Source: the human T2T-CHM13v2.0 reference genome, Homo sapiens. Taken from it: 64,000 nt of DNA. Positions 43,196 through 56,230 of the stretch are shown here, piece by piece (position 1 is the first letter of the stretch; the number at the start of each line of letters is the position of its first letter). The position numbers were made by a program, and so were the translations under genes. The stretch lies in NCBI RefSeq assembly GCF_009914755.1, contig NC_060944.1; one strand, written 5' to 3'. Below the pieces are notes generated by a model that was not told the origin of the DNA, did no database searches, and was given only the letters and a program-made list of their open reading frames with translations.

Positions 43196-43731
43196 TGTGA
43201 TGGTTAATTTTATGTCAACTTGATTGGGCTAAGAGATGCCCAGATTGCTGGTAAAGCGTTGTGCCTGGGTGTGTCTGTGAGGGTGTTTCTAAAGAGATTA
43301 GCATTTGAAGCAGTGGACTCAGTAAAGATGATCCACCCTCACCAATATGGGTGGGCATCCTCAAATCTGTTGAGGGCCTGAATAGAACAAAAAGGCAGAG
43401 AAGGGGATAATTTGCTCTCTCTGCTTGAACTGGGACATCCATCATCTCCTGCCCTTGGACAGCCAGTCCTCCTGGTTCTTAGGCCTTTGGGCTCAGACTG
43501 AATTTCACCCCCAGCTTTCCTGGGTCTCCAGTTTGTAAATGGCAAATCATGGGAGCTTTTGGCCCCCATAATCAGGTGAGTAAATTCTCGTAATAAGTCT
43601 CCTTGTACGTACTTCTGTCTCTCATATATGTATGTGTGTGTGTGTATATATATGTGTGTGTGTGTGCGTAGGTATGTATGTATATGTATGTATGTTGATA
43701 TTGGTTCTGTTTCTCTGGCAAACCCTAACAC
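43196..43731 (+). mobile_element. MLT2 (ERVL) solo LTR with internal TG/TA microsatellite
   Basis: tgtgatggttaattttatgtcaacttgattggg...tattggttctgtttctctgg..aaccctaa. Confidence 0.88.
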
Positions 43732-46700
43732 ACCTGCCTTGTGTAACTCTCCCACCTTTTCTTTTGCATTTGTCTCTCTTCCCTTCTCTTTGGGTCTCTT
43801 CTTTACCAACCAGATTCAGCCTGTTTTTCTATTACTTCTCTCCTCTCTCTCAGCCTCTTCCCTTTCTTTGACCTGCATAATTTTCTGTCCTTTCCTTTCC
43901 TCTAACTGAATTTGTCATAATTTGAAAATTAAATACATTTATATCCTTGCTATATTTTTTACCAGTGTATGTTATGTTTTCTGTTTTTAATTTAAAGGCA
44001 GAAGAAATGGAGAGTTTATATTTCATCCTCTTAGAGTTACAGAGAAAATTACAACCCAACCAATATCGGCCCTAAACTAAGATGCTTTCTCTATGGGACT
44101 CTTGATGGATCTTTTTTGAAGGGGTGAAGGAATCAGGAAACGTTGATAAAAGGAAGTTCCTATAACCTTTGGGAATGTTACAGTTTTAATTCTGATTCTC
44201 ACTTTAGATTTTGATTCATTTAACAATTATATTACTGGCATTGCAGAAATATAAGTAAGAGGGAATGTACTGACAAATTTGGGTCTTCCTTCTTTAGCAA
44301 CCCCATCACTGGTTCTATTTTATTTTCAGAATATTTCAGGGAGAACACAAAGACAGAACCAGATCTGTAGCTGGGAAATCTAAGTGTGAACCCTCTATCA
44401 GCCCTACTGGTTCTGTGACTCTGATAAGTCAACCTCTTTGAGGCTCAATTTCCTCATATGTAGAATGAAATCAATAAAGCTACTTCGCAGGCTTGTGAGG
44501 ATTAAATAAGAAAAGTTATGTGAAAATATGTGATTAATCCTAGGGGCTGAATAAATGTTAGTTCATTGTCTTTCTTTCTAGGCTCTTCTGAGACTGATTT
44601 CCTCTGGATGTGTATGACTGTATGGGGTTCTGGGGACTTGTGGAATCATCCTTGAGAAGGGGTCAGGATAAATATAAGAGACTAATGAAACAGATCATCT
44701 TGCAAAACTCAGTTTTTATGTCACTTCCTTCAGGAAGGCTTCCTTGACTTCTCACCTCCCAAGATGAGTTGGCTGGATTCTTTTTGCACCAGCAGCACTC
44801 TGTCCTTAGTCTGACTCACTTTTCTATGCCTGTCACAGGACTGTGCCATCCTTATGCATGGATGATGTCTTATTTATTCCTGGATCCCCAGTGCAGAGCA
44901 GAGTCTACTGAAAGCCCACAGAAAATATGGAGTAACCCTTCATTAAGCTTTGAATACTTTACATCTTTACATGACCTGTCTCACTTCGACTGCATAACTG
45001 TATGAGGTCACCAATTATTACACTTATTTTATAAACAAGGAGACTGAGTCTCACAGGGGCTTAGTAACTTACCCAAGATCACACATCTGGCAATTGGCAG
45101 AGATCATCTTTGAACCCAGACAATCTACTTTCAGACCTCCTGTGCGTTGCCACTATCTAATGCAGCAGAAAAATGAAGGAATGAATAAATAAAGAATAAA
45201 CAAATGAGCCTTGTGGTGTTGAAGGAGCCACTCAGGGCTTAGTGATATAATTAACTTCATTTTGAACTTGGTCATAGTGAAGATATAGCAGCCTTAGAAA
45301 CCAAATTCTTGACACTTTCCTCCTCTCTAATAAGAGTTTTGAATAGCCTGAAATCCCTTACCTGTCTTGATAAATACAAATACAAAGACATAAATAATGC
45401 ATTAGTTTCTTTCCCTTGCAGTTGAGGCTTTGCAGCCATAATTCTGCCCTACAGCCAGCAGACTTGGAGGGTGGGGCAGGGGAGAAAGGTGAAGTAGCGT
45501 CTTAAACAGTGTAAAATAAATTCCCTAGGATAATTACCAAACAGAGTTAATTCCATAAATTTGATTTAATTGGCAGCAGGCAAATGAAATAGGGAAGAAA
45601 AACATTCTTTTTTTTTTTTTCCAAGTCATTGGTGGTATCTCTGAAGCAGAAGTTGGGAAATCAGGATAATGTAGAAACCAGCAGCAGCCCCCATAAAAAC
45701 TTCACATTCAGGAGAGAGGAAGAAAGAGACTCCATTACTGGGCTTCTCATCTGACTCTGTACTCAAAGCTTATACACATGATCCAACATAATTTGTGTGA
45801 CCAACTTGAGAGGTAGATATTATTGGCTATGGAATCCATTAGCTATTGCCATGTAGCAGACAACCTCACAACTCAGTGTTTTAAAACAATGGTTTTTTAT
45901 GACTCACATGTTTCTGGATTGGCTGGAGCTTGACTTGTTGAAGCCTAATTTTTAATTGGAATAGCTTTGCTTCTCACTGCAAGTCTGTGAGATGGCTGGT
46001 ATGGTCTGGTCTCTCTTCTTCTGTTCTGTCAGCCAGGATATTTTCATCCTGTGTTGATGGCACTTCTGTTCATATATCATTGGCCAAACAAGTCACATGG
46101 CCAATAAAAAGGGCAGGGAACTTTACTCTTGATGAGGCCATGGTGAGGGAGTAGGTACAGGAAAGGGAGGAGAATTGAGGACAATGATTTAATAAAGCAG
46201 GCATTATTACCTCCGCTATGTAGACGGGGGATCTGAGTTCAGAGAGGTGGAAAATTTGCCAGATCACGTGGCTAGTTGTGTGGAGGAAAGATTCAAACCC
46301 AGAATTATTGGGCACCAAACGCCATGCTTTCTCTCCTGATGCTGATTCTGAACGAAAATTCTATGAATTCCAACTTCAAGAGGTCATTGAGATCTTCCTT
46401 GACACAAATCTATATGCTTTTGTGTCCTAGAATTAATCTCTCAGATGAGTGAGAAATTGAACAAAATTTAAGGTTCATGTGCCTATATAATTTTCCATCC
46501 TTTCCACTTCACTCACACATTGGCCTTTCCTGGATTCATTGCATGCGAAAGCGAGGTCAGCTAGCAACTCTGTTGTCCTTTCCCTCACTCTGCAGAACTT
46601 ATACTTACAGATCTCATCAAGTAGGGCTCTCCCAAGATCGCATCCTACCCAGGACAAGTATGCCTTCCCCAGGCTCATTCTAGGCTCTGCTGTGGGTCTG

Positions 46701-47200
46701 GAGCTGTCCAGTGTCCTGAAACAACCCACCACGAGATGGGTTTAGTGAATCCAGCTGTAAGCAATTAAAGAACCCACGTGTGGCAGGCCTCATTTGGTTT
46801 AGGCAGCTTCTCTTCTGGCTTCCTTCCTCAAGTGCACTTGGGAACATGTATTACATGGGGAACTGTTAGTAACTGTAAGCAAACTCTCAGGGCTTAAAAG
46901 AGTGTTGCTACTTGCCACGTTAACAGCAAGGGATTGGTGTGGCAATTCGCAGAAACTCACAAGGGAATTCAGTAAGATTTTCGAAGGTGCTTTGCAGTTT
47001 ATAAGGTCCTTACACACACACAAAATCTGCTGTGTGAGACTGAATTGGGATTCCTGTGCTTATTGTATGGATAATGAAACTGAGTTGCAGAAGACACTTC
47101 CTCTTCCACAGTCATAGAATGGTGCAAAAGGAAGTTACAGGACTAGGGACTTCTGAATTATTTATCTTTCTCCTTCCATTTGTCCTGTCAACAAATAGGA

Positions 47201-47455
47201 TTTTTTTTGAGACAGTCTCCCTCTGTCGCCCAAGCTGGAGTGCAGTGGTGTGATCGCGACTCACTGTAATCTCCACCTCCCGAGTAGCTGGGACTACAGG
47301 CATGCACCACCGTGGCCAGCTAATTTTTGTATTTTTGTAGAGATGGGGTTTCGTTATGTTGCCCAGGCTGGTCTCAAATTCCTGGCCTCAAGTGATCCTC
47401 CTGCCTAGGCCTCCAAAAGTGCTGGGATTACAGGTGTGAGCCACCCCACCTGGCC
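47201..47455 (-). mobile_element. AluJ-like element with internal deletion
   Basis: Antisense Alu lacking the gggctcaagcgatcctcc block; J-type ctcaagtgatcctcctgcc. Confidence 0.88.
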
Positions 47456-47619
47456 TCAAGAAATAGGATTTGATTAATTGATCTATTTAAAGTTCTTTGG
47501 GGACACAAAAAATATGGTCATACCCCCAAGGAGATTGTAATCACATTTGTGAGCGTTTGGTGAGGGCAAGGTGAGTACACAAATAAGGATATTGGAAGAT
47601 GAAAAGTATTAGCTCTGAG

Positions 47620-48150
47620 CTTCATCCATCCAATGATCTAATAAATATATATTATATGCCTATTACATTCCAGGCACTATGCTTAGCACTAGTAATACAA
47701 AAGTAAATAAAGCAGATATTGCCCCTTCCCATTCTAGAAAGGAAGATAGTTACTAAAGAAGTAACCAAACAATGGAGCCAACAATTACTAATTTTTATGA
47801 ATGCTCTTAAATCAGTAAATGAATAAAATATTTAGATAGGATAATGAGGATGAAGGGAGAGTCCTACTTAGGTAAGGTGGTTAGAAAAGACTTCTCTGAA
47901 GATGTAACATTTAAGGTAAGATCTGAAGGCTGAAAAGTCACCTGGGTAAAGGGATGGGATAAGATTGTTTCAGGCAGAGAAAAAGTCCTGAGGCCAAATA
48001 AGATTGGGATGATGGAGGAACTGCAAATGTGCTCACGTGACTAAAGAACAGTGAGGGAGCAGGGAGTGATTGGAGGTGAGATCACAAGGGGAGACAGGAG
48101 CCAGACCATGCTGGGCCTTCTACGCCACCATAAAGTGTTTGTCTTCTCCT
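47620..48150 (-). mobile_element. L2 3' region
   Basis: ccaggcactatgcttagcact...gacttctctgaagatgtaacattt...gattgtttcaggcagag. Confidence 0.75.
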
Positions 48151-49686
48151 TTTCTATTATGAGTTTCTTGGTAGAGAGCCTGGGATAAAGTAGGTAGTCA
48201 TAACAGGATGTCTTAGATTGGACACTCTAGAAGTAGACATTGGAACAAGAAAGTGGGTGCTAGTAGTTTATTTGGGTAGTGATTCCGGGAAGCACCAGTG
48301 CATATGTGGGGAAAAGGAGGAATAAAGCAAGCCAATACAGGTAGCTCATTCAGCATGTTGCTGCTGTGGGAAATGGGGCTCAGTCCTTCAGGGAATCTCT
48401 CGGAGAGTGTGTGCCACACCTGAGTTATTCTCACTGAGAGGCAAGAGAGCAGGGGTGTTTATACACCAGCTGCCCTTAGGCTCTGGTGGGGGGCATGAAC
48501 TCTGATACCTCCAGCCTGTCCAGAGGGCCAAGCAGGCAGAGTTGCAGGTGTTTTCAGTGGGAAGTCAAGTCTGTGGGCATGAGAATGGGGAGTGCTGAAG
48601 GATCATCATTGGGGGCACTTACAATGTGTGTGTGCACGCGTGTGTGCATGTGCGCACACGGGCTGAGAGGAGCAAGGACAAAGGAAGGTGGAGATGCCAA
48701 AGACAGTTGGCATAAAGGAGAGTAGAACCCTGCCATCTGGGGACACCCTTCTCAGAGATGGCACTGGGGACAGCTGACCCTGGGGCTTGCTGGAGGCCAG
48801 AGGAGCCATATCCCTCAGGGTTATGTTCCTACCTTCATGGGTGTGAGCTTTGCTACTCAGCTCTTCTCCTGGGGGCATTTGACAGAGTTTCCTCCCCTGG
48901 CAGGCTAGGCAGCCCTCCTCTCTGCTTCTTTTAAACAATCTCTCTTCTCTGGCTCAGACCCTAAGATACTGTGGGGCCAAAGACATCCTATTCTGGGGAT
49001 GTCCCACGTTTGACGCTTAACACTTTTATCCCCCATCCCCCAGACATATCCTTTGTTTCTAAGCCACAACTAGGTCTGGGGTGGGGACTAGGAAGCATTC
49101 ACATTCTAAGGGCATCTGTGGGATGTAGGACTAGATGTGTGGTTTGGAGATGCCTTTCTGAAACACATTTAAAATAAGAACTTGTGTTCTCCACAGAGCC
49201 CTGGGTAATTAATGAGGAAAGTCATATACCACATCCCTTGGTGATATAGGTAATAACACCCAACATTACTGAACTTGTTTTTGTAGCTTGTGAAAGGCTA
49301 GCTAATAAATTATCTCATTTGTTCCCCACAACAACCCAGGAAGGCAAATAATACTGTTAGTTCCAACTACCAGATGAAGGAGCTGAGGTTCAGAAGTGTT
49401 CATTACTTTGCCCCAAACAACACAGGCAGTGAATGACAGAGATATTCTGTGAGCATTTTTCTTCTGGTGATGGAGTGAGCGCTTTACCTTAGGAACACTT
49501 CAACAATTTTACAGTGAACATGACATCCCTTCACTTCAGAACTATTTATAACAGGGGTCTTGGAGATGGCCTACCTATATAACAGTAGGGCATCAAATGT
49601 CATGGAGCCAATAAATCCGAGGGCCTTGAGGTCTATGAATACAGGTGGATAAGTGTAAGGAAAGCAGCTTATATAACTGTTCTGAA

Positions 49687-49893
49687 GGTTGGGGTCAGAA
49701 AACTTTCTCAGGGAAGGGCTGGACTTTGCAGGTCATACCATCTCTGTCACAACTACTCAACTCTGCTGTTGTAGTGTGAAAACAGCCATGGATTTGTTGG
49801 TGAATGGGCATGGCTGTGTTCCAATAAAACTTTATTTACAAAATCAGGCAGAGGGCCAGATTTGGCCTCATGGCAGTAATTTGTCTATCCCTG
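49687..49893. mobile_element. MER58A-like hAT-Charlie transposon
   Basis: ggggtcagaaaacttt...actactcaactctgctgttgtagtg...ccaataaaactttatttacaaaa...ccctg. Confidence 0.85.
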
Positions 49894-50187
49894 CTGTAGT
49901 GAAGACTACATTACAGAGATTATTTTACTATTTCTGTCACTAGATGGTGTCCTTCCATTAGTAAGGTGAAATCAAATGCTGGGCTGCTTTATCATGGGTA
50001 GGGAAGTGGGGAAGGGATTGAATTATGGTGGCAGGAATTAGTGTGGGAGGTTGGGATCAGAGAAAAGAGTTTAAGTGTAATTCAAATGACAGAAAGTAAA
50101 CACAACAGACACATGCACACACACACACACACACACACACCCATTCACGCATCCAGAGTAGCTACTGTGTTCCAGGTACAGTGCAAG

Positions 50188-50408
50188 GTGGTGGTGCACT
50201 TGGTAAATGTTTAACAACAGACTCTCTGAAAAAAAGAAAAGGAACTCCCCTCCCCCCTAAATTGTAGCATTTGTTGATTTCTGTAGTGGAAAACTCACAT
50301 CATGCCTGATTTCAAGCTACTAACTTGCTATCAATCTGTTTGTAACGTACCTACCATTGAAAAATGGAGTCTTGTAAGCTGACGTAGCCAGCTTCAACAC
50401 ACTCCTGG
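50188..50408. mobile_element. MER63-like hAT DNA transposon remnant
   Basis: gtggtgcacttggtaaatgtttaacaac...gccagcttcaacacact. Confidence 0.5.
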
Positions 50409-52263
50409 CTCAAGGTCTTTTATTTTTATTGTACCTGGATATTTGTGGGACAGCAAAGTTTTAAATGCCTGGGTTTCCCTTAACTGTGCTTCGTGGTGAG
50501 ATCATCTAGGATCTCATTCATCCAGAAGTCACTTACTCAGCAACCTCAGTTATCTAGACTATAGCTTGGAGCCAAGAAACAAATACTCCCCATCTCCTAG
50601 GCAGCACGTGCAAAAATAGATGTCATTAAATTCATGAACTCTCAGTCAGCTTACTCATAGAAAAGGACCTCAGTTCTTCATTCAGAGTGTTCTTAGTCCC
50701 ATATTAAGTACAATTTAAATGAGAAAATGGTTACCAGGTTTTTCCACCTAGAAATTAGAAGCAATGAATTAGAAGGGATAGTAGATCCAAATTTCATAGG
50801 AGCAAATTCATTGTAAGCAGCAAGAAGGATCCACTGATTGCTAGATAGTGGAGGGAGAAGGTGACAAGGCTATTTCAAAGTGGGATATTTGGAGCTATTT
50901 GGTGTAAGCGCAAATAGTTCTCCACCTTATTGGATTTGAGGGTATTGCTGTAACTGACCACAGTCATTCTCATGCTCATAGCAAACTCATCTGAGTCATC
51001 TGAAAAAATTGGAATGATGCTTAAGAAGGCAGAGCATTGGTCAATTCATTTCAGAAAAATCTCTCTTTTACATGCTTGATTTTTTTATAGTTATCTTTGA
51101 AAGAAGCCCATCCTGTCGCATGGACATTGTATAGCATGAAGAAACTCTTCTCCTGGTAGGGTCAGATGACAGGGGCATTGCTGCAACACCTTTAGTTTGT
51201 TTTGATTAGCAGTTAAGGGTGATAACGTTCAGTTTAAAGTGAGCCTTTTTTTCTCATCTGCTGTAAAACATTCTATCCTCATTCTTTGGTTGTGGGATTT
51301 GATGCACACTTTCATTTCCACCTTCTCTTCTGCCTTTATGAATTTGTAGACTTTGATTAGGGTGCCTCTCAAGCTACATCTTCACAGATGGAGGCAGTTT
51401 GATTTTTAAAATCTGTTTTTTTCACACAGGTCAGTCCATCAGTCATCTACTTCCTGCCACCCCATCCCAGCTATCATTTCTCAACACTTTGAACAGTTGT
51501 CTTATCCTCTCTGAAGACTTCTCTTAGGCTCCTTTCCTTGCCCAAATAAGTTGATGATTCATTCTTCTCTGCAACATATGTCCCTTCTCATATTTTTATC
51601 ATTGTTTATGATCTTTTTTCCTTAAGTGAAACAAAATTCTTCAAAGAAAAACACAGTATCTCATGAAGGTCTTTACCTCTGGAATTTAGGAGACCACCTG
51701 TTACTTCCATATACCTGTGTCACTGCCCTCAAGAGGACCTGAGGCAGGTTGACTGGCAGGCTCCAGGTGCTGTGCATTTGGGTTGTCCATGGTGCTCAGG
51801 CTAAGGCCAAGTCTCCCCTACATTGCTTCTAGTTCAAGACCAAACATTTCAGGAGAACTAGAGCCACACCACTTGTGCCCAGTGTGGAGCTCTTCCAACA
51901 GAAACTTTGTCTGGGTTCTCTCTATTGGCCTGGCTGATACGATCTCAGAACTGCATTGTGATCTGAGATCTTTCTTCCCTCTTTCCATCCCTCTCTCACA
52001 GGTGTCACACTGCATCTGTCTGAGAGTTCTCCCCACCTGCCCTTGCTCCCTTTGTCATCCTTAGGAATTTACCCCAATAACATCCTACATATCCAATCCC
52101 ATCCTGGTGTCTGCTTCTCAGAGAACCCAAACTCACACAGTATCTGATGCATAATAGGTATCCAGAAATGTCAATTGAATTGAATTTATGGTGCTTTTAT
52201 TGGTTATCAGATCTTGTCTTCAGCAGATTATTTTTTCAGTGTGGAGGTTCTGTAATTAACAGG

Positions 52264-52688
52264 TGTCTAAGTCTGTTTAGTGTTGCTATAAAAAAATGTC
52301 TGAGGCTGGGTAATTTATAAAGAAAAAAGTTTATTTGGCTCCTAATTCTGATGTTTGGAAAAGTTTAACGTTGGGTATCTGCATCTGATGAGGGCCTCAG
52401 GGTGCTTCCACTCGTGGCAGAAGGAGAGCCGACCTGTGCGGACATCCCATGGTGACAGAGGAAGAAAGATAAAGAAGTGAGGTGCCAGGCTCTTTTTAAT
52501 CACCACCTCTCTTGAGAAATAATAGAGTGAGAAATCAGTCTGTCTCCTCACCCCCAGGGATAGCGTTAATCTAGTCATGAGGGATCCACCTCCATGACCC
52601 AGACACCTTCCATTAGGCTTCATCTCCAACATTGGGGAACAAATTTCAACATGAGGTTTGAAGGACACAAACATCCAGACTGTAACCA
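52264..52688 (-). mobile_element. MSTB-type MaLR solo LTR
   Basis: tgtctaagtctgtttagtgttgctata...catccagactgtaacca. Confidence 0.88.
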
Positions 52689-54419
52689 CATGGTTCATCA
52701 AACAACAATAGCCAATGCCTCCTTAAATAAGACTGGACTATCTACGGGTAACTTGGGATCATCACCATGGACATTTGTTGACTATATAGGAATACACACT
52801 GATGCCCCCAGGACCTGCTGAAATGTTTAAGCCTGTTTACCCCTGTATGGTTGGCTCCAGATAGATCTCATTGAGTTATTGTGTCTGTTTTTAATTGGTT
52901 TTATTTTTTTGTCTCTGTCTTTGCTGTCAATGTTTTTAAATGCTAGATCTGAGAGAGACTTCAAAGATCATTCATGAGTAGATCTTCAGAGCACATAATC
53001 ACTAGGCACTAGTTAGATGCTGGGAATTCAGGGTTAGATAAGAAATGGTCCTTTCCTTCAAGGTGGGAGCAAGTTCTGGCTCCTTATTTTACAGATGTCA
53101 AACCAATTTGGCAAGATTTCTCAGCAGACCCATTAAGATATGGGAAATACAAGAAGCTAATATATAATGACAGCAAAGTATTTCTTCAAGATGGGCAGGT
53201 GTGGATCCAATCTGAACCTTTATTGCACCTTCTGGGCCCCATGTCTCAGCCAGCTGATGATGGCATAGAATCACCTGCATACCTAGCCCTCTGAGGCATC
53301 TCAAGATTTCTGTGACTAATCAACATACTGAAAAAGATGTTGCTGTGAGCCAACTCCATCAACAGGGACCTCATGCTGCTCATTTAATTGTTGATTTACC
53401 CTTATGAGAGAATAAGAACTGTAGTGACTTGAAAAAGATGCCAGACATTAGCTTGGAGGAATATCCACTTTCCTGCGTAGTGTAGAGTAATCAGGATCTG
53501 AAGACCCAGTTTACTCCTAGCTCTGTTACTAATTCTCCATGTGACCTTGGACAGGGCATTTCACCTCTTTATATTTTAATTATCTGCAAAATTGGATAAT
53601 AAATACTACATTACAAATAAGAGAGGATCTGTATATGAAGGCATTTTATAAACAATTCACTATATAAGGGTAAGGACATTAATTATTAATTTTATTCTGC
53701 CACATTCTTTGGTGAGATCATTCGTTCATTTATTCATTCAAAAAGCATCTTCATAACCCTATGTATCAGGCAGTTCTAAGTACTTTGTAAATCTTCGCAA
53801 CACTGTGAGATGTGTACACTATTATCACAATTTTATAGATGAAGAAAGTCCAAATAAGTTAAATAACTTGCCCAATGTCACACATCTAGTAAATGGCAGA
53901 CCTGGAATTCTAACCCATGCAATCTGGCTCCATAATTCATGCCATTGGCGACTACACCAAAGGACAGAATGCCTTTTTTTAAACTGGAATTTGACTCAGT
54001 GAAATAGGCCTGGAAAAAGAGAGAGAGAGAGAAGGAAAAAGAAGAGACATGGGCTCAAAAGAGAAAGGGATGGGGAGTGATAGGATATCCATAGGAAGGA
54101 CCACAAGGTAGAAGGAGAGCACTCTGGCCAGGAAAGTGATGGTCATCCCAAAACATACATGGTCTTTCTTCAAGAAGATGGTTCCTCCATTCAATGTCCT
54201 GGAAGAGAAGAGACAGAGAGAGCTCTTGGGCGAACAAACTTATTTCAAGGAGAGACACTGATAATCAAAAGAGATCATTGTTTTCCATGATGTTTAGCAA
54301 GTCACAGATCCCCATGTTGATCCAGGCTCCTGGAGAGCTGCTCAACAAGCAGAAAAGGGGAAAGGCCACTCATTTCTTATTAATCATGAGATTCCTTATT
54401 GATCATGAGAACTAACTGA

Positions 54420-54930
54420 ATAGTGGGCAAACTTTAACATTGCTTCCAGTGATCCCAGCCTCCTAGTAGGTACACCTTTGTGTAATCCCCTCCTTTTAAG
54501 TGTGGGCTGGCCTTGCAGACTCTCTCTAATGAATGTCATTAGTGATGGATGCCACTTCTAAGATTAGGTTATAAAAGGCAATGCCTTCTCTCTATCTCTC
54601 TTGCTCTTGCTCTCTCTCCTTCTCTCTCTCTCTCTCTCCCTCTCATCTCACTGGTGTTGAGTAAAGCAAGCTGCCATGTTGTGAGCAATCCTACACCCCC
54701 AGAGAATGGTGAGGAACTGAGTATTTCAGTGCTGCAGTCCATAAGGAAATGAACCTGTGAACAACCATATGAATGAGCTTGGATGTAGAGCCTTTAGCTC
54801 CAGTTGAGACTTGAGAAGAGGGTAGATCTCACTGACTCCATGACTATAATCTCAAGAAAGACCTTTAGCCAGAAGCATCCAACTAGGTTGCTCGCAGATC
54901 CCTGACCCACTAGACTAGAACATGTGATGT
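54420..54930 (+). mobile_element. MLT1 (E/F-type) LTR
   Basis: tgtaatcccctccttttaagtgtgggctgg...gcaagctgccatgttgtgagc... Confidence 0.7.
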
Positions 54931-55872
54931 ATGTGTGGTTAGGGCAGAGGTGAGACCGGATAAGTGAACAACTATCAGATGGGCTAGGATGTTTTGACTA
55001 GAAAGTCAAGATTTTCCATATGGAATCACTCTGCAGACATTTTGGTGGGTTATCTGAGTGAGGAAATATAGGAAGGCGAAGAGTCTGAAACATCCTTGGA
55101 ATTTCGAATCCTTTAAGTCTATAAATTCGGCAACATTCACTGCAATTGATTTCCAGGCTAGAGTTCTCTCTGCCTCAGGGGTTTTAATTTTATTCTTCTA
55201 ATAATTCTTTATTGTCATTAATATTATAATAAAACATGATGCATATAGCTTATTGCATGATTAAGGGGCTTACTGAAGACTTACTGGACACTGTGCTCCA
55301 CCCACAGTCTCAGGATCTGGAGGGTTCTTTGTGGAGCTGCCATACTTCATGTCATGGATGTGGAAAATGGAGTCTGAGGTGGATCCTCCCTCTCATTCTC
55401 ACAGCCTGTAAAAGGCTCCTACCCCACTTGTAGCCTACAGAGGGTTATGATGCATGGTTAAGAGGGAAGGTTCTAAAGTCAGAGAGGCCTGGGCTGATAG
55501 TCTGGTGCTCAAAAGTATCTGTGTGAGCTTGGATAAATTACTTAACCTCTCTGAGTTCATTTTTTTCAGCTATAAAACAGGGATGGGAAGGGTGCCAACA
55601 TCACAAGGCATGGTATGAATTAAATGAGATGATTTGCATGGGGGGATCTGGCACAGGTGTACTTGCCAGAAATATTGGTTACTATTTTTTGTGATGCCAC
55701 AGAATGCCATTTTCTACTCAAATTCATTTTTTCTTACCTTTCTCTGTTGCTGACTATAGAATGGTTTTATGTATGAATTATGAATAAGTCCTAATTATGG
55801 TCCCAGAGCCCTGTCAGTACTAATCCATAACAGATACGTATGTCTACATGTTATTAATTAATATATCAGGTA

Positions 55873-56230
55873 TACTAGTTTTCTGTTGCGCATACTGACT
55901 TACCCCGAAATTTAGCAGCTTAAAATAACACACCTTTAATGCCTTGCAGTTTCTGTGGGTCTGGAATCTGAGCACAACTTAGCTGGGTCTTTGCTTCAGG
56001 GCCTCTGCAAGGTTGAAATCAAGGTGTTGAATGAGACTGCAGTCTCACCTGAAGGATCAACTGGAGAAATGATCCACTTCCAAGCTCACGTGGTGGCTGG
56101 CAGCATTCATTTCTTTGAAGGCTGTTGGACTGAGGGCCTCAGTTCCCTGCTGGATGTTGAGGAGATGCCATCCTCAGTTCCTGACCATTGTGGACATCTC
56201 CAGCTTGCTTCATCAGAGCAAACACACAGG
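55873..56230 (-). mobile_element. MLT1 LTR fragment
   Basis: tagttttctgttgc...gcagcttaaaataacac...gtttctgtgggtctggaatctgagcacaacttagctggg. Confidence 0.7.
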
